DNA of 61,082 nt, filler included, from Jimgerdemannia flammicorona (lineage: Eukaryota), in NCBI GenBank assembly GCA_003990765.1. It is 3 parts of 3 records of this genome, joined end to end, with 100 filler letters (N's around TTAATTAATTAA, not from the genome) between each part and the next. Parts side by side here need not be neighbours in the genome. Positions count along the whole stretch, not along the records: positions 1 to 20,300 come from RBNJ01001714.1; positions 20,401 to 40,691 come from RBNJ01001715.1; 1 more part is not named here. The stretch is one strand, 5' to 3'. The notes below the pieces were generated by a model. The model had not been told where the DNA came from and did no database searches. It was given only the letters and a program-made list of their open reading frames with translations. The translations under genes and the position numbers were made by a program. This document shows, piece after piece, positions 11,562-23,518 of this stretch (positions within the stretch are counted from its first letter, which is position 1; each line of letters opens with the position of its first letter).

Positions 11562-12747
11562 GGAGCTCTACTACGGAATTATCACATACCTGGGACAGCA
11601 AAAGATGCCCCAACATCTGGAAGAATGGACACAAATGATTATCAATAGGACATGGAAACAATTCAAAACCAACGGAGAAACACTAAAGAAAGAAAAACTA
11701 CTAGTCATACCAGAACACAAGAAGGAGCAAGTGATGAAATCAGTACATGAACTTGGCCATCTAGGAGGAATGAATACATACGACAAGGCAAGAAGAATAA
11801 TATGGTGGCCAGGGATGGAGGAAGATATCAGACAATTTGTCAAGACATGTGACAAATGCCAGAAACAGAAACAAGACCAACGGAATCAAGCCCCAGGATC
11901 AGCACACATAGAACCAGTACCATTTGCCCATATAGCAATAGATGTAATCGGCCCTCTACCCTTGACCCTGACTGGTAACCGATACATCATTGTCATCATA
12001 GACCTTTTTACGAAGTGGATAGAAGCAGGACCTCTCAAGAAAGCCAATGCACAGTCAGTTGCCGATTTCTTCTACAAGGAAATCATCTGCTGGTTCAAGA
12101 CCCCAACACAAGTAACTACAGACAGAGGAACAGAATTCGTGAACCAGCTCTTTGAGGTTCTCTACAAGAAGTACAAGATCCAGCACATTCGGACCACAGC
12201 CTATCACCCCCAAGGAAATAGACAAGTAGAAAGGACTAACAAAACCCTCAAGAATGTTATCACCAAGATCTGTGATAACTATGAGAACTGAGATCACTAT
12301 CTGCCAATAGCATTATCTGCTCTCTGGGATATCCGATCACAAAGTACCCACTTTACCCCTCGAGAAATGCTGTTTGGAGAAGAATGTTCTCAAGGAACCC
12401 TATCATCTAATGGAGATACTGTATGGAAACATATGGACATGGAAATACGGAGACTACACCAAATCAGGAAGAAGGCTGAGGATTACATAACCAAGGTGCA
12501 GACACTACAATGGAGGAATGCGGAAAAGACCCACAAGCTCTTAGAGATTATCAAGATAGGAGACAAAGTCCTAGTGTATCAGAATATGGTAGAAGCTTCA
12601 TGGTCATGAAAACTGGAGCCCAAGTGGGAAGGACCTTACCTTGTGCAAGATATAAAAGGGACCACCTTTTGGCTATGAAAACCCTCAGGCACAATAATCC
12701 CCACCACTGTTCACCAAAACCAACTTAAGAAATATCATGGCCAGTAA
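11554..12747 (+). pseudogene. Integrase (HHCC + DDE core + GPY), in a different frame from RT-RH
   Basis: HELGH...CDKCQ, IAIDVIGP, TDRGTEF, HPQGNRQVERTN, KLEPKWEGPY. Its ATG overlaps the RH stop. Confidence 0.92.
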
Positions 12748-13198
12748 CAAAAGTACTGCAATGGCACTCAAGATCACTAGTGCTGCCCAAAGAGCCATTG
12801 AAAGACAATGGCACACTACCGAGCCTCTAACCATAGAGCCATACTATGAGGATATTCAGAGTATTGTACAGACTCATCTCTCTTGAATCTCATACTTTAG
12901 AGCCTATCAATATCGGGCAGAATTCCAAGAGTACTTCAAGCTTGGACAGGTGCTCAATCAGGATCCAGCAAAGACCAAGGAGGACTGGATTGCTGAGTGT
13001 CAACTCTCTCACTCACAGATCACTATTGCCAAAAGGATCCACAAGTTATTCTGAGAAGATGAAGCAGCAATAGACTATCTGAGAGGAGTAACCCCTACCA
13101 ACTTTGAGAAAGTGAGAAGACATCATTAGGAAACAGTCATGCAGCAAATTGCACAGTACAAGACCATACAGACTGTTGAAGCCTGGGAGTTTGAATAG
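12737..13198 (+). pseudogene. Accessory ORF3 of unknown function between integrase and the 3' LTR (three stops, one frameshift)
   Basis: Manual translation MASNKSTAMALK...EYFKLGQVL...QITIAKRIHKLF*EDEAAIDYLRGVTPTNF...WEFE*. Homologous to 42367-43143. Confidence 0.7.
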
Positions 13199-13225
13199 AC
13201 GCCTCAAGGATGAGACCATCTATTC

Positions 13226-13234
13226 AGGAGGAAG
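13226..13234 (+). promoter_or_regulatory. Polypurine tract
   Basis: AGGAGGAAG one base before the 3' LTR. Confidence 0.75.
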
Positions 13235-13235
13235 T

Positions 13236-13711
13236 TGTGATGGTACAGCCAAATTTGGAAGAAGGAAATAGGGAATAGACACTTGATTGCACCCATTCCC
13301 AAAGTAGTATAGCCTTATAGTTAGCAGTCCTCGATTTCGACATTGTCTAAATTCTTAGACATTGTCTAAATTTTAGACATTATCCAAATCAGATACCTCG
13401 ATTTAGTATAGTATTTAGATATTGTCCAAATGTTTCGACAAAGTCCAAATAACTCATTTATTACTTAGCCACCCTCTCATAGCTAGCAAACTTGTATAAA
13501 TAACCCAGTATCTTTGAGTGAATAAACCTCAGATCGAAATAGTTCAAAGCAAAGAGATAGCAAAGGAACTAGTAAGCCTGTGGGCAGATACACTTTGAAC
13601 TCACCCACCCTCCCCTGCAATTTCAAGAGACTCTGCGAGAGTCAGAACAGTCAAGTTTTCAAGATACAGAAATCCAACATACTTTCAAGAGTAAGCGTCT
13701 GCTATGTTACA
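13236..13711 (+). repeat. 3' LTR
   Basis: TGTGATGG...TGTTACA; matches the 5' LTR. Confidence 0.95.
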
Positions 13712-15008
13712 CTAGTTTGATAATAATGAAGTAAAAGATAATAATCTCTCTGATACTGATATGACCTTCAGCCAAGGATCCCTATCAACCTTGATCACTC
13801 TGTCAATCTTACCAATGAACTTACAATAGTTTTTAACTATCTACAAGATCTATTGAGATAACAACCACTAGTATAAATACTAATCTACATTTATATCCAA
13901 TTACTTCAACTACAATGAAGAGACTGAAGAACATAATCTATATCTTCAGATAATTCTTAAGATTGAATCAATAACCTCATCTTTCAAGTATAAATAAAAT
14001 TAACTACAGCTACTAGTATACTATAACTCTATAATATATAGTACTATTATCTACCAAAGATATATAGACAGCAAATCTGATAAAAGTAAAGATAATGTAC
14101 TCTTTCTTCATTCATCAATACTCTATATAGTATATGAGACAGATAATATTATCCTGTAAGATAGTGATATAGTTCTAATCTACTACTATATAAATGAACA
14201 GAAAAATATAATTTAAGAATCACTCTTCCTAAATAACTACATTATTAAAGATGATATCATTGATGGTGACCTCATTGAAGAATATCCAGATAGTATCTAA
14301 ATCTATAGATCACTTAGCAGTCATTAATATAGTTAGATTGGCCTTACACTATATAATTACATACTAACTCAGCAGTCAGATAATCTCTTAATATATTAGT
14401 TCATAACTTATACTATATAACTATATTCTAATTTATCAAAGTACTAAGTACTATATCTATATTTAGTATAGTCCAGATAGCCTCTCATTAGTATAAATAC
14501 CCACTCCTCTAAATCTCAGAAACTTAGATACAGATAGACTTAAATAGATAAAAGCAGCCCAGAACTCCAGAATACTTCTCTATACAAATATCTCTTAATA
14601 TACTACTCTTAGTATAGCAATATCATGAATAGCAAATAAACCTATTTGATAACTCACAAACTACTCTTAAGTAAATCTATACTATATTAGATCTCACTCC
14701 TAACTAAATCTCAAAATTTTCTAATTAAGTATTATCTGCAGTGATACATATACCAATTCAACTAAGCTGGTCTTAGTTTCTTAAACTTTCTGAAATATGA
14801 AAAATTCTGAACATTTAGAATAAGTCTGAAAAAGAACTTTAGTTAAGACATTATTCTGATCTTAAAATCAATAAGTGTAGAGGGTGTACTCTATATGAAA
14901 TTGATCTTGATCTTAAGAAAACAGTCTTTTAAAACATCTAGAACTTTTTGAAAAATTCTTCCAAAACTATATAATAGTATTATAATAAAGTAACCCTCTT
15001 ATAACTGA

Positions 15009-15875
15009 GCCTAGATCAGTATTATACTATTTTATTTATAGATTATATAGAGTTTATCTATAGTAATGATATTTCTTTAAGATAGACCAGTAGTGTTATA
15101 GATGTCAATTACATAATAGGCCTGCAGTTGGTAGATCTATAGTAGATATTTTGTCAAGATAAGGTTTACTTAATATATCTAAATCTATTAAAGGTAAGTT
15201 CTATTAGTTTCTCAGAATAGAGGTAAGAAAACTAGTAAGGATTGAAAGAAGCTAAAAATAAGAGTTTGAAGACAGTGGTCAATTCTTTGATTTATTATAG
15301 ATATATCTTAAGACAATTAATATATACTAGAGTCCTTAGGGTTTATCTATCTATACTTCTTATATAGATATTTATTTCTCTAACATTATATATAACATAA
15401 GATTCTTTCCATTTAAGCTTTAGTTTGGTGGTAAAGTTTGTTTCAATTATACTTCTTTAAACTAGTACTTGATCTCTAATCTTGATCTTCTGATCCTTCT
15501 GTATAATAAAACTATATATTGATAGAATTAATATATTACAGATAATCAAGATGACTATTGGCCCTAAGTTCTGAGTTTTTGTAAAAAAGTGCTAAGTTTC
15601 AATTATCTTTTATAGTAGTATAGTCTAAGTATTACTTTTGGATTCTTATACTAGTATATAATAGAGATACTATATAAGTTGATTAGACTCAGAATTATTT
15701 ATAAGTTGAATATAAAGATTCTTGATAAGAATACAGCTTTATTTTTATAGTTAGAGAAAGCAGAGCTAAGGTTATAATATACTCAGTATAGAGGATATTT
15801 ATATAGGTTTTGGACTATGACTAAATGTAATCCACTGAGTATATTTATATACAGTTATATATATTATATTTGATA
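15009..15875 (-). pseudogene. Heavily decayed gypsy integrase C-terminus and 3' region, probably continuous with 5977-6197 and the 5132 LTR
   Basis: The minus strand near 15385-15430 reads like a decayed KLEPKWKGPY. The flanks rejoin across the ACTGA TSD. Confidence 0.45.
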
Positions 15876-15883
15876 TCTATAAC

Positions 15884-16248
15884 TAGTACTCCTAAATGAA
15901 TAAAATCAATTCGAATTAAATTGAATTGGAGGTCATTTAAATTAAATTAAATTGGGGATTTTTCAATCTGAATTAAATTCAAATTAAATTAAGGGTCTAA
16001 TTCAAATACTATTTTTCTAAATATAATAACTTGAGGAAATCCATGTCCAAATTCAATGATCTTTAGCTTGTTAGATTCCCCTATATAAGAGGAATCTAAT
16101 AAGCTAAAAATTATTGAATTTGGATATATTTATTGAGTTATTATATTTTGAAAAATAGGATTTGAATTGGACCTCAAATCAAATTAGCCTTTAATTTGAT
16201 TTGAATCAAATTGAATTAGACCTTTGATTCAATTCATTGGGAGCACTA
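15884..16248. mobile_element. hAT-type palindromic MITE (365 bp)
   Basis: TIR TAGT(A/G)CTC...GAGCACTA, 8-bp TSD TCTATAAC (15876-15883 / 16249-16256), internal long palindrome centred near 16085. Confidence 0.85.
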
Positions 16249-16323
16249 TCTATAACTACTAGTTGGAAATTCTGTAAGAATTTCTATAGAAATTTCTATT
16301 GAAAATTCTGGGTAGCTTGTAGG

Positions 16324-16660
16324 TAGTACTCTATAAACCTGATCTGATGAACTTGAAACCTGACCCAGAAATAGCTAATTCAGAATTATATATTATTTAT
16401 CTTTAACTTAATCTAGAAATATACATTACCTATCTTTAATCTAATCTGGAATTATATATCACCTATCTTTAATCTGATCTGAAATTATATATCTATCTAT
16501 CTATAATCTGATCTAAGAAAAAAACATGATCTATCTTTAACTTGACCCAAACCCCAAACTTAACCTGAAACCTAATCTGAAATCTGATCTATGTAAAATC
16601 TGATCTGAGAAAAAAATATGACTCATCTTTAATTTGATCTAAAAAGCTATATACAAGATA
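16324..16660 (-). mobile_element. Terminus of a decayed hAT element with subterminal repeats; the body probably continues at ~18800-20270
   Basis: TAGTACTC terminus and ATCTTTAA(C/T)CTGA repeats, reverse-complementary to 56110-56477. The 19620-19900 repeats resemble the reverse complement of 53380-53640. Confidence 0.6.
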
Positions 16661-16925
16661 CTAAAAATATTATATATTTAAGATATTATTTAGAATAAAC
16701 AAATAGAAATATAGTTAAGAATTAGAAATCAAAATGAAATTGAAAATTAATTAGAAGTAAATTAGAAAATAAACTTATTAGTATAAACAGATCTCACTCA
16801 TTATTACTATAAATCAACTAATTCTTCTTCTTTTTATATACTGAGCTGTCTTTCTCTATATCTTCCTCTAAACTAACCTTAATATCTTCCTTATACTTTA
16901 AACCATCTTTCTCTATATTCTTCTC

Positions 16926-18794
16926 TATAAGAGAGTAATTTATCAGAGTACTGTTATATAGTTCTGGAAAAGGTTTCTAGAAGTTCTGGATATTCTAAAA
17001 GACTGTTTTCTTAAGGTTAAGATCAATTTCACATAGAGTATATTCTCTATACTTATTGATTTCAAGATTAGATTAATGTCTTAACCTAAAGCCCTTTCTT
17101 GGACTTATTCTAGATATTCAAGATTTTTCTTATTTTAGAAAGTTCAAGAAACTAGATTAGTTTAGTTGAATTGATATATTACTACAGATAATATTTAATT
17201 AGGAAATTTCTGAATTTAGTTAGAAGTGAGACCTAATATAATATGAGTTTACTTAAGAGTAGTTTGTGGGTTATTAAATAGGTCTATTCACTATTCATGA
17301 TATTACTATTAGCTAATACTAGGAGTAGTGTGTAAAAGGATAATTGTGTAGAGAAGTGTTTATCTGATTCTTATCAGTATTCTTATCTGAGTTTCTGAGA
17401 TCTAAGAGAGATAGTATTTATATGTACTAATGAGAGACTATCTGGATACTCTTTGATGAGATTATTATTGATAATATTATTCCTGATAAAGTAGTCATCT
17501 AGAAAGAGTGGTTCTTGGATTATATCTTCTTATTCATTTATATAATAGTATGTTAGAATAAAGTTGTTATCCTACAAGATAATATCATCTGTCTTATATA
17601 CTGGATATAGTGTTGATTGATAGAGAAGAGATATATTATCTTTACTTTTATCAGATTTGCTATTAGTATACCTTCAGTAGGTTATGGTACTATATGTTAC
17701 AGATTGTAGTAAGCTGGTAGTTGTTCTTCATATCACTCATATTCAGAAGGTAGGGTTATTGATTTTATCTCAAGAGTTGTCTGGAGATATTGGTTATATT
17801 CTCCTATTTCTTCATTATAGTTAAAGTAGTTGGGTGTAAATACAGATTAGTACTTATACTAGTAATCATTACTCCAATAAGTCTTATAGATAGTTATGAA
17901 CTATTATAAGTTTATTAGTAAGACTGGTAAAATAATTAGAATTAATAGAGATTCTTGAATAGAGATTATATTAGTATCAGAAGAGTTATTATCTTCTGCT
18001 TCATCATTGTTGAACTAAATTATATTATAGATATCCTTAATAGTATATCTCATTTGAGATATTTGCAGGATATAGTTATCTGAGTATAGAAAGAACCTGT
18101 CTGTAGTTTGGACATACTTGATATATTTCTAGTTGAGTTCTTACACTATATTATTAATTTGGATATAGGTCAGAGTAGTAACTATTTCAGTAGTAGTAAC
18201 TTAGAGGTAGGGAATAAAGATGCTATACTTATAAAAGAGTTCTCAGTATTTATATAATGAGCTTCTAGTATTGAGACATTTTAGTAATATCTATATCATA
18301 GTAGTAGTTAACTATATCTTCCAGAAGGTAGCCAATCTGATATATAGTAGCTTGAGATTTGTCTAATTCAGTATACTTTACTAAATATGTTCAAGACATT
18401 CTATCAGACTTCTATAAAATAGAGAGATGCTAAGCTATGGATATTTATGAGAGACAGAGGTACTATGGTCCAGTTGATAATAGTATTCCAAATATCAGTA
18501 TAGATACAGTTGTAGACTTTAGTAATCATGTCTGGTTATATGTTTAAGAGTTATAGTTATTATTTGGTTTATTATAGTTCTCTATTTTATCATACTGTAT
18601 GCTTGGTATATATACTTTTGGTCCTGATTGATAAGGTTCTGTTTTTATATATCTTGTATTTTATAACTTTGAGTTGACTTAGCTTTATAATTTGTGACTT
18701 CAATTTGACTCAGCTTTGTAATCTTATATATGATTTCCAGATTTATTCTGAGGGTGATGTGTGATTTCAGTAGCTTAGAGATTGTATACTTATA
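16926..18794 (-). mobile_element. Solo-LTR-like unit, copy 2
   Basis: TATAAG...CTTATA termini, 5-bp TSD TTCTC (16921-16925 / 18795-18799), collinear with copy 1. Confidence 0.8.
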
Positions 18795-20265
18795 TTCTCT
18801 GAACTGACCTCAATATTCTCATATTTCTCCATATATTTCTCTGAATAAACCTTCTGTATATCTTCTCTGAGCTAACATCTTCTAGACCAACTTCCTCTAT
18901 ATTGACTTCTCTACATTTCTCTGTACTAATCTCTATATCAACCTCTATATCAATCTCTCTATATTCCTCTATACTGACCTCTCCATACTTCTTTACACTT
19001 ATCTTTCTATATTTCTCTATACTGATCTCTTCAAATTTCTCTATACCAACCTCTTCATTTTTCTTCATACCAACTCTCTTTTTACTGACTTCCATACTAT
19101 TGACCAAATATATCAGTCTGCTATCTATCAATTATGTATAAAATATTTTATTCTTCACTATCACCATATTTATTCAAATATAGCAATATTTATCTATATT
19201 AATAATTCTATCTAAACAATTTCATTTTTTTCATACTTTGGTATTTATAATGAAGCTAATATTATATAATAAATATTCAACTGTTTTTATATAATTATCA
19301 ATTGCTTTGATTATTTTTTATCTCAGTTTTTCATTATTTATCTTTATATAGTTATTAGCTATAGAAAGTATATACATATCTAAGATTTAAATTATATGAT
19401 CTTTTCTTCTCTATGAGTTTTGAGATATCTGAATAAGTAGTTTAGTAATACTCTTATTGGCTTAAGTATACTCTATAATAAAATGAGAGTTGTTGCATGA
19501 TTTATGCAGTAGCCCAACCTTAAAAACTAGAGAATAGTTCAAATATTATTAGAAAAAAAAATTAGACATTAATTAAAAAAAAATAAAATAAATAAAACCA
19601 ATCTTCTTCAGCTAGATTGGCTGAATTATTGAGATTTAGGGCAGGAGTGGTGAGCTGTATAGTAGTAGAGTCAGAAAGCTGAGAGTAAGTAAGCTAAATA
19701 TTAGTAAGCTGAAGATCAGAGAGCTATATAGTAGTCAGATTGAGGAACTGAGAGTAAGTGAGCTAGATATTAGTAAGCTGAAGATCAGAGAGCTGGGGCT
19801 CAATGAGCTGGGAATCAGTAAGCTAGAGTTGGAAAGCTAGAAGTCAGCAAGCTAAGTAGTAAGCTTTGAGATAGCAAACTGAGAAGTGTTGAGCTAAGGA
19901 TTGGAAAGCTGGGGGGTCTTACAAATACTTATTAGTCATATAGTCACATTAATATAGTGAAGTAAAAAAATTGAGAGGTGAAATAAAGGATGAGAATAAA
20001 TAAATATTAGTAAAGCTTTTGATATATTAAATATTCAAAAGCTATTATAATAACATCTTTCAGAAGTTCATTTAAAATCTCTTTCCAAATCTCTTTTAAA
20101 ATCTCTAATAAATTGTATATTATATATTTATAATCTGAGAAATGAGAGTGAGAGATATGGAGGAATATGTGAGAGTAGTATAAAAGGAGTAGAATATAGT
20201 AAGAAAAGTTCTAGATTATAAGTATAAACATAAGCATAATTATAAGCATAAGTGAGATTTGTAAA

Positions 20266-20300
<35 letters not shown>

Positions 20301-20400
20301 NNNNNNNNNNNNNNNNNNNNNNNNNNNNNNNNNNNNNNNNNNNNTTAATTAATTAANNNNNNNNNNNNNNNNNNNNNNNNNNNNNNNNNNNNNNNNNNNN
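20301..20400. other. Artificial contig linker (N-run with six-frame stop TTAATTAATTAA)
   Basis: Identical 100-nt linker at 40692-40791. The flanking pieces are about 20.3 kb each. Confidence 0.95.
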
Positions 20401-20947
20401 AAGGTTTCTTAGCACTCCTTGGTCCATTCGAATTTAGTCTCCTTCTTCAGTAGCTCATAGATAGGTGCTGCAATGTTGGAGTATCCTTTGATGAATCTTC
20501 TGTAGTAGCTGGCCAGTCCAAGGAAGGTATGGACTTCTGTGGTTATTCTAGGTCTTGGGTAGGCTGCAACAGCCTTGATCTTCATGGGATCTGTGTGGAT
20601 TCCAGTCTGATTGATGAGGTGTCCTAGGTAGGTGATTTCTTGAGCTGCAAACTTGCATTTCTTGGACTTGATGTAGAGGCCATGCTCCTTGAGCCTCTTG
20701 AGGGCTAGCTGTATGTGATTGATATATTCTCATGTAGTATTGCTGAAGATGATCACATCATCAATATAGACAAAGAGCCATTTTCCAATCTCATTGCTGA
20801 AGACTCTGTTCATCATTCGCTGGAAACTTGCTGGGGCATTGCACATTCCAAATGGCATTCGCAGATAGATGTAGGTGGCATCAGGTGTGATGAAGGCTGA
20901 TTTCTCACTGGTATCTTGAGTGAGACCAATCTGATGGAAGCCTGAGA
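20401..20947 (-). pseudogene. Ty3/gypsy RT fragment, related to the 6982 element and interrupted by the Penelope-like dimer
   Basis: Minus strand FSGFHQIGL...MPFGMCNAPASFQRMM...VYIDDVIIFS...FLGLASYYRRFIKGYS. Confidence 0.92.
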
Positions 20948-21450
20948 AGAGGAGGAAGAAGGCCCAGCGGGAGCCAAGGGAGCAAACCCAGAGCCAGTGT
21001 CAAAGCAAATAGAAGACATGTGGAAGAGCGTGTATAAGGGGGACGAACAAAGAATGTAACCGAAAATGCATCAGCCATTTATTGCCATGTAAAAATGCAG
21101 TCCTTATATACAAAATATGACGTCCCAAAAGGGAGGATGCGCCACAACTCGGGGTGAACCGAATTAGGAATCACATGACCGCCAGAGATAGGCAAAGATA
21201 AAGGGGGAGCCAATCTCAGTTGCAGGATAAAAATCACAAACAAACACAAACAAAACAAATCCAAATCGAGATTAAAAAACATCTGCAGACCCCGGAAGGG
21301 TGAGCGCGAGCGAGGGGTGAGGCCAAAATAGAGTGAGCCACAGTGAGCCTGAGCAAAGCAAGGGGCCGAAGGCAGCGGAGGGGAGCGGAGTAAGGCCGAG
21401 ACCCCGGAGCGAGCCCGAGACCCCGGAGGGGGCAAGGATGTTTTTTAATC
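20948..21450 (-). repeat. PLE pseudo-LTR (3' terminal repeat, left arm)
   Basis: Reverse complement of 24917-25419 and 28575-29075. Confidence 0.9.
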
Positions 21451-23518
21451 CTCTCTGGCAGAACCGGAGGTACCAGAAGGTGACGAAAATGCAAAACAAG
21501 AGCGATGGATTGAAGAAGAAACAGAAGGAAGACGCGAACGAGCAATCAGAGGGCATCGGGAAAGAGATGAAAGTCCATGGCGTGAAAGAGAAGAGCGCAG
21601 GATGGTATCAGGGCATTGAGCAACCCAGCAAGCATGATCAAATGGTATGACAAGAATCGGGGGTAGGAAAGAAGAGGGGGTATGGAGAGGGTAAGGGGGG
21701 AGAGAGGGAAGGGAGGGGAGGTAAAGGAGAGAGAGTAGGGAAGAGCAAACAACAGACCATTCAACAGAAGCAAGCAGATCGCAAATGATAGAAATAGGGT
21801 AGGCACGATGATGAACCATGAAGTTGCCAAGAACCCAAACTGCAGACACCCAATCAGAATGACGGGAGCAGCATAATACAAGACAACAAGCCTCACCATG
21901 AACACATTCAAGAAGAGTGCAATGAGGATGGTTGGACAAGAAGTTAGGGAACTGTTGGGAACGGGGAAAACGGGAATAAACAACAGTTCAGAAAGGAGAA
22001 AGAGAAATAGAAAGGTCCAAAAAGGGAATACTAGTCGTACCGCACACCCAAGTAATAGAATGATGGGGAGGGTAGACACCCAGGAACACACTAGGGATAT
22101 CAATGCCAGCAACAGCGAAGACAATAAAGTTATCAATATATCGGCAAAAGAAGACATCCCCAGCCTGGAACGCAATGGAAAGAGGTGAAGTAATATCACG
22201 TAACGCATGCAATTCATGGGCCAGGCCAACGAGGTTGGCAAGGGTGGGGGCACAATTCATATCCATGGCAATACCAGAAGTCTGGTGGAAGGAGCCAAGG
22301 GCCGACTCAAAATAATTAGAGCTGCAGACGAGGAGCATAAGCTCAACAATGGAAGCCAGCGAAACTGGGGAATCCAAAGGAAAAACCAAGGAACCCAAGA
22401 AGCGAAGGCAGTCATCGATCTCATCAAAACGAATAGCAGTATAGAAGGAAGAGAAGTCACCAGAGGCCAAATGGGAAAAACGGTGAACAGGCACAATGGT
22501 GGAGCAGAGAAGGGTGAGCTCCTGAGTATCATGAAGAATAGTATACTCAGGCCCAAGATGGTGTTGTAAGAGAGCCATCTAGGAGAGAAAGAAGTGGGAT
22601 AACCACTTCGAAATCTCGGTAGTAGGAGAACTATAAGCAGCTGTAATAGGATGCCAAGCCAAAATAGGCTTGTGAACTTTAGGAAGAGCATAGAAAACCA
22701 GAAAAGAAATATCCAGAGAGGACAAAGAGTCTTGGAAGAAGTTAAAAATGGGGTTCACGAATGGGGAATCCGAAAGCGATCTAGCGCGAGCCAGAGAAAC
22801 CCGAAGAAGAGTGAGAACCTCATCCAATCCAAGAGCACTAGGCTCGTAAGCCATGGCTCGAAGGAGGGCAGAAAGGCCATCAAGGTAGAGCAACTTAGGA
22901 ATAAGTGCAAAACCTTGATTCTTATCAGTGACTGTGAGTAAATGCATAGGCAATTGCTTGACCAATTTAAGTGCAGTATGCATGGCATAGTCCGAAACCA
23001 AGCAAGAGTGAGCTCATCCGGAAATGGACAGTGAGTAAGCCATGTCGAGGAATATGCAGTATGGGAGGGGGGACCCAATCACTAGGAACAAAATAGCGAG
23101 AGGGCATCTCACTATGATCTTGAAAGAAAATGGCAAGGTTAAGAGCATGATGAAAACGTATTAGATAAGCTGGATCAGTGAAGGAGAATTGTGAGAGAGT
23201 CGCAGGAAAAACAAAGTGAGGACCCAAGGATAAGGCAAAGACTTGAAGGGGAGAAAGGGGGCAGTCAGCCAAAGAAAAAGGAGGAGACAAAAGTGTTCCA
23301 AGAGAAGAATAAACCCAAAAGTTCGGAACAAGCAACTGGGAAAGGCGAAGGGGGGACAACATGAGGAACCACTCAGGGCACACCAGAAGTGACGACGGAA
23401 TCCGAGAAGGGACGGGGACACCAGGGGAGAACCACGCTAGGGAGAAGTTTAAGAGCAGGAGGCCTTCCCCTTCCCTCTGACTTTTTTTGAAGGTGGCAAA
23501 CTCAACGAATGAGAGCAC
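21445..23518 (-). pseudogene. PLE reverse transcriptase ORF2, left arm (11-bp deletion near 23060 plus stops)
   Basis: TDKNQG, FYALPKVHKP..WHPI, SGDFSSFYTAI, QTSGIAM, YIDNF, IPFLDL, SNHP. Confidence 0.88.

Larger units (their letters stand above)
6982..13711 (+). mobile_element. Full-length Ty3/gypsy (Metaviridae) LTR retrotransposon with dUTPase, inactivated by stops
   Basis: Two 476-bp LTRs and a 4-bp TSD CTAG (6978-6981 / 13712-13715). The empty site ATAATCTAGTTTG is seen in the ~59050 copy of the host unit. PBS and PPT present; domain order gag-PR-dUT-RT-RH-IN. Confidence 0.97.
6203..15003 (+). mobile_element. ~2.07-kb solo-LTR-like unit (copy 1) carrying a decayed ORF, split by the full-length gypsy insertion
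   Basis: Termini TATAAG...CTTATA, 5-bp TSD ACTGA (6198-6202 / 15004-15008), TATAAATA at ~14492 and AATAAA at ~14635. Homologous copies at 16926-18794 and ~57015-59800. Confidence 0.75.

Noticed and set aside
13716..18794. Large inverted repeat around 15004-16925 as one foldback element
   Set aside because: Each arm has its own TSD (ACTGA, TTCTC), so they are independent insertions in opposite orientation.
18790..19141. Short ORFs over a ~24-bp degenerate repeat
   Set aside because: Low-complexity decayed repeat inside a transposon remnant with no supportable product.
20345..20356. TTAATTAATTAA palindromes as biological sites, and any linkage across them
   Set aside because: Embedded in identical N-runs, so they are artificial six-frame-stop linkers between separate contigs.
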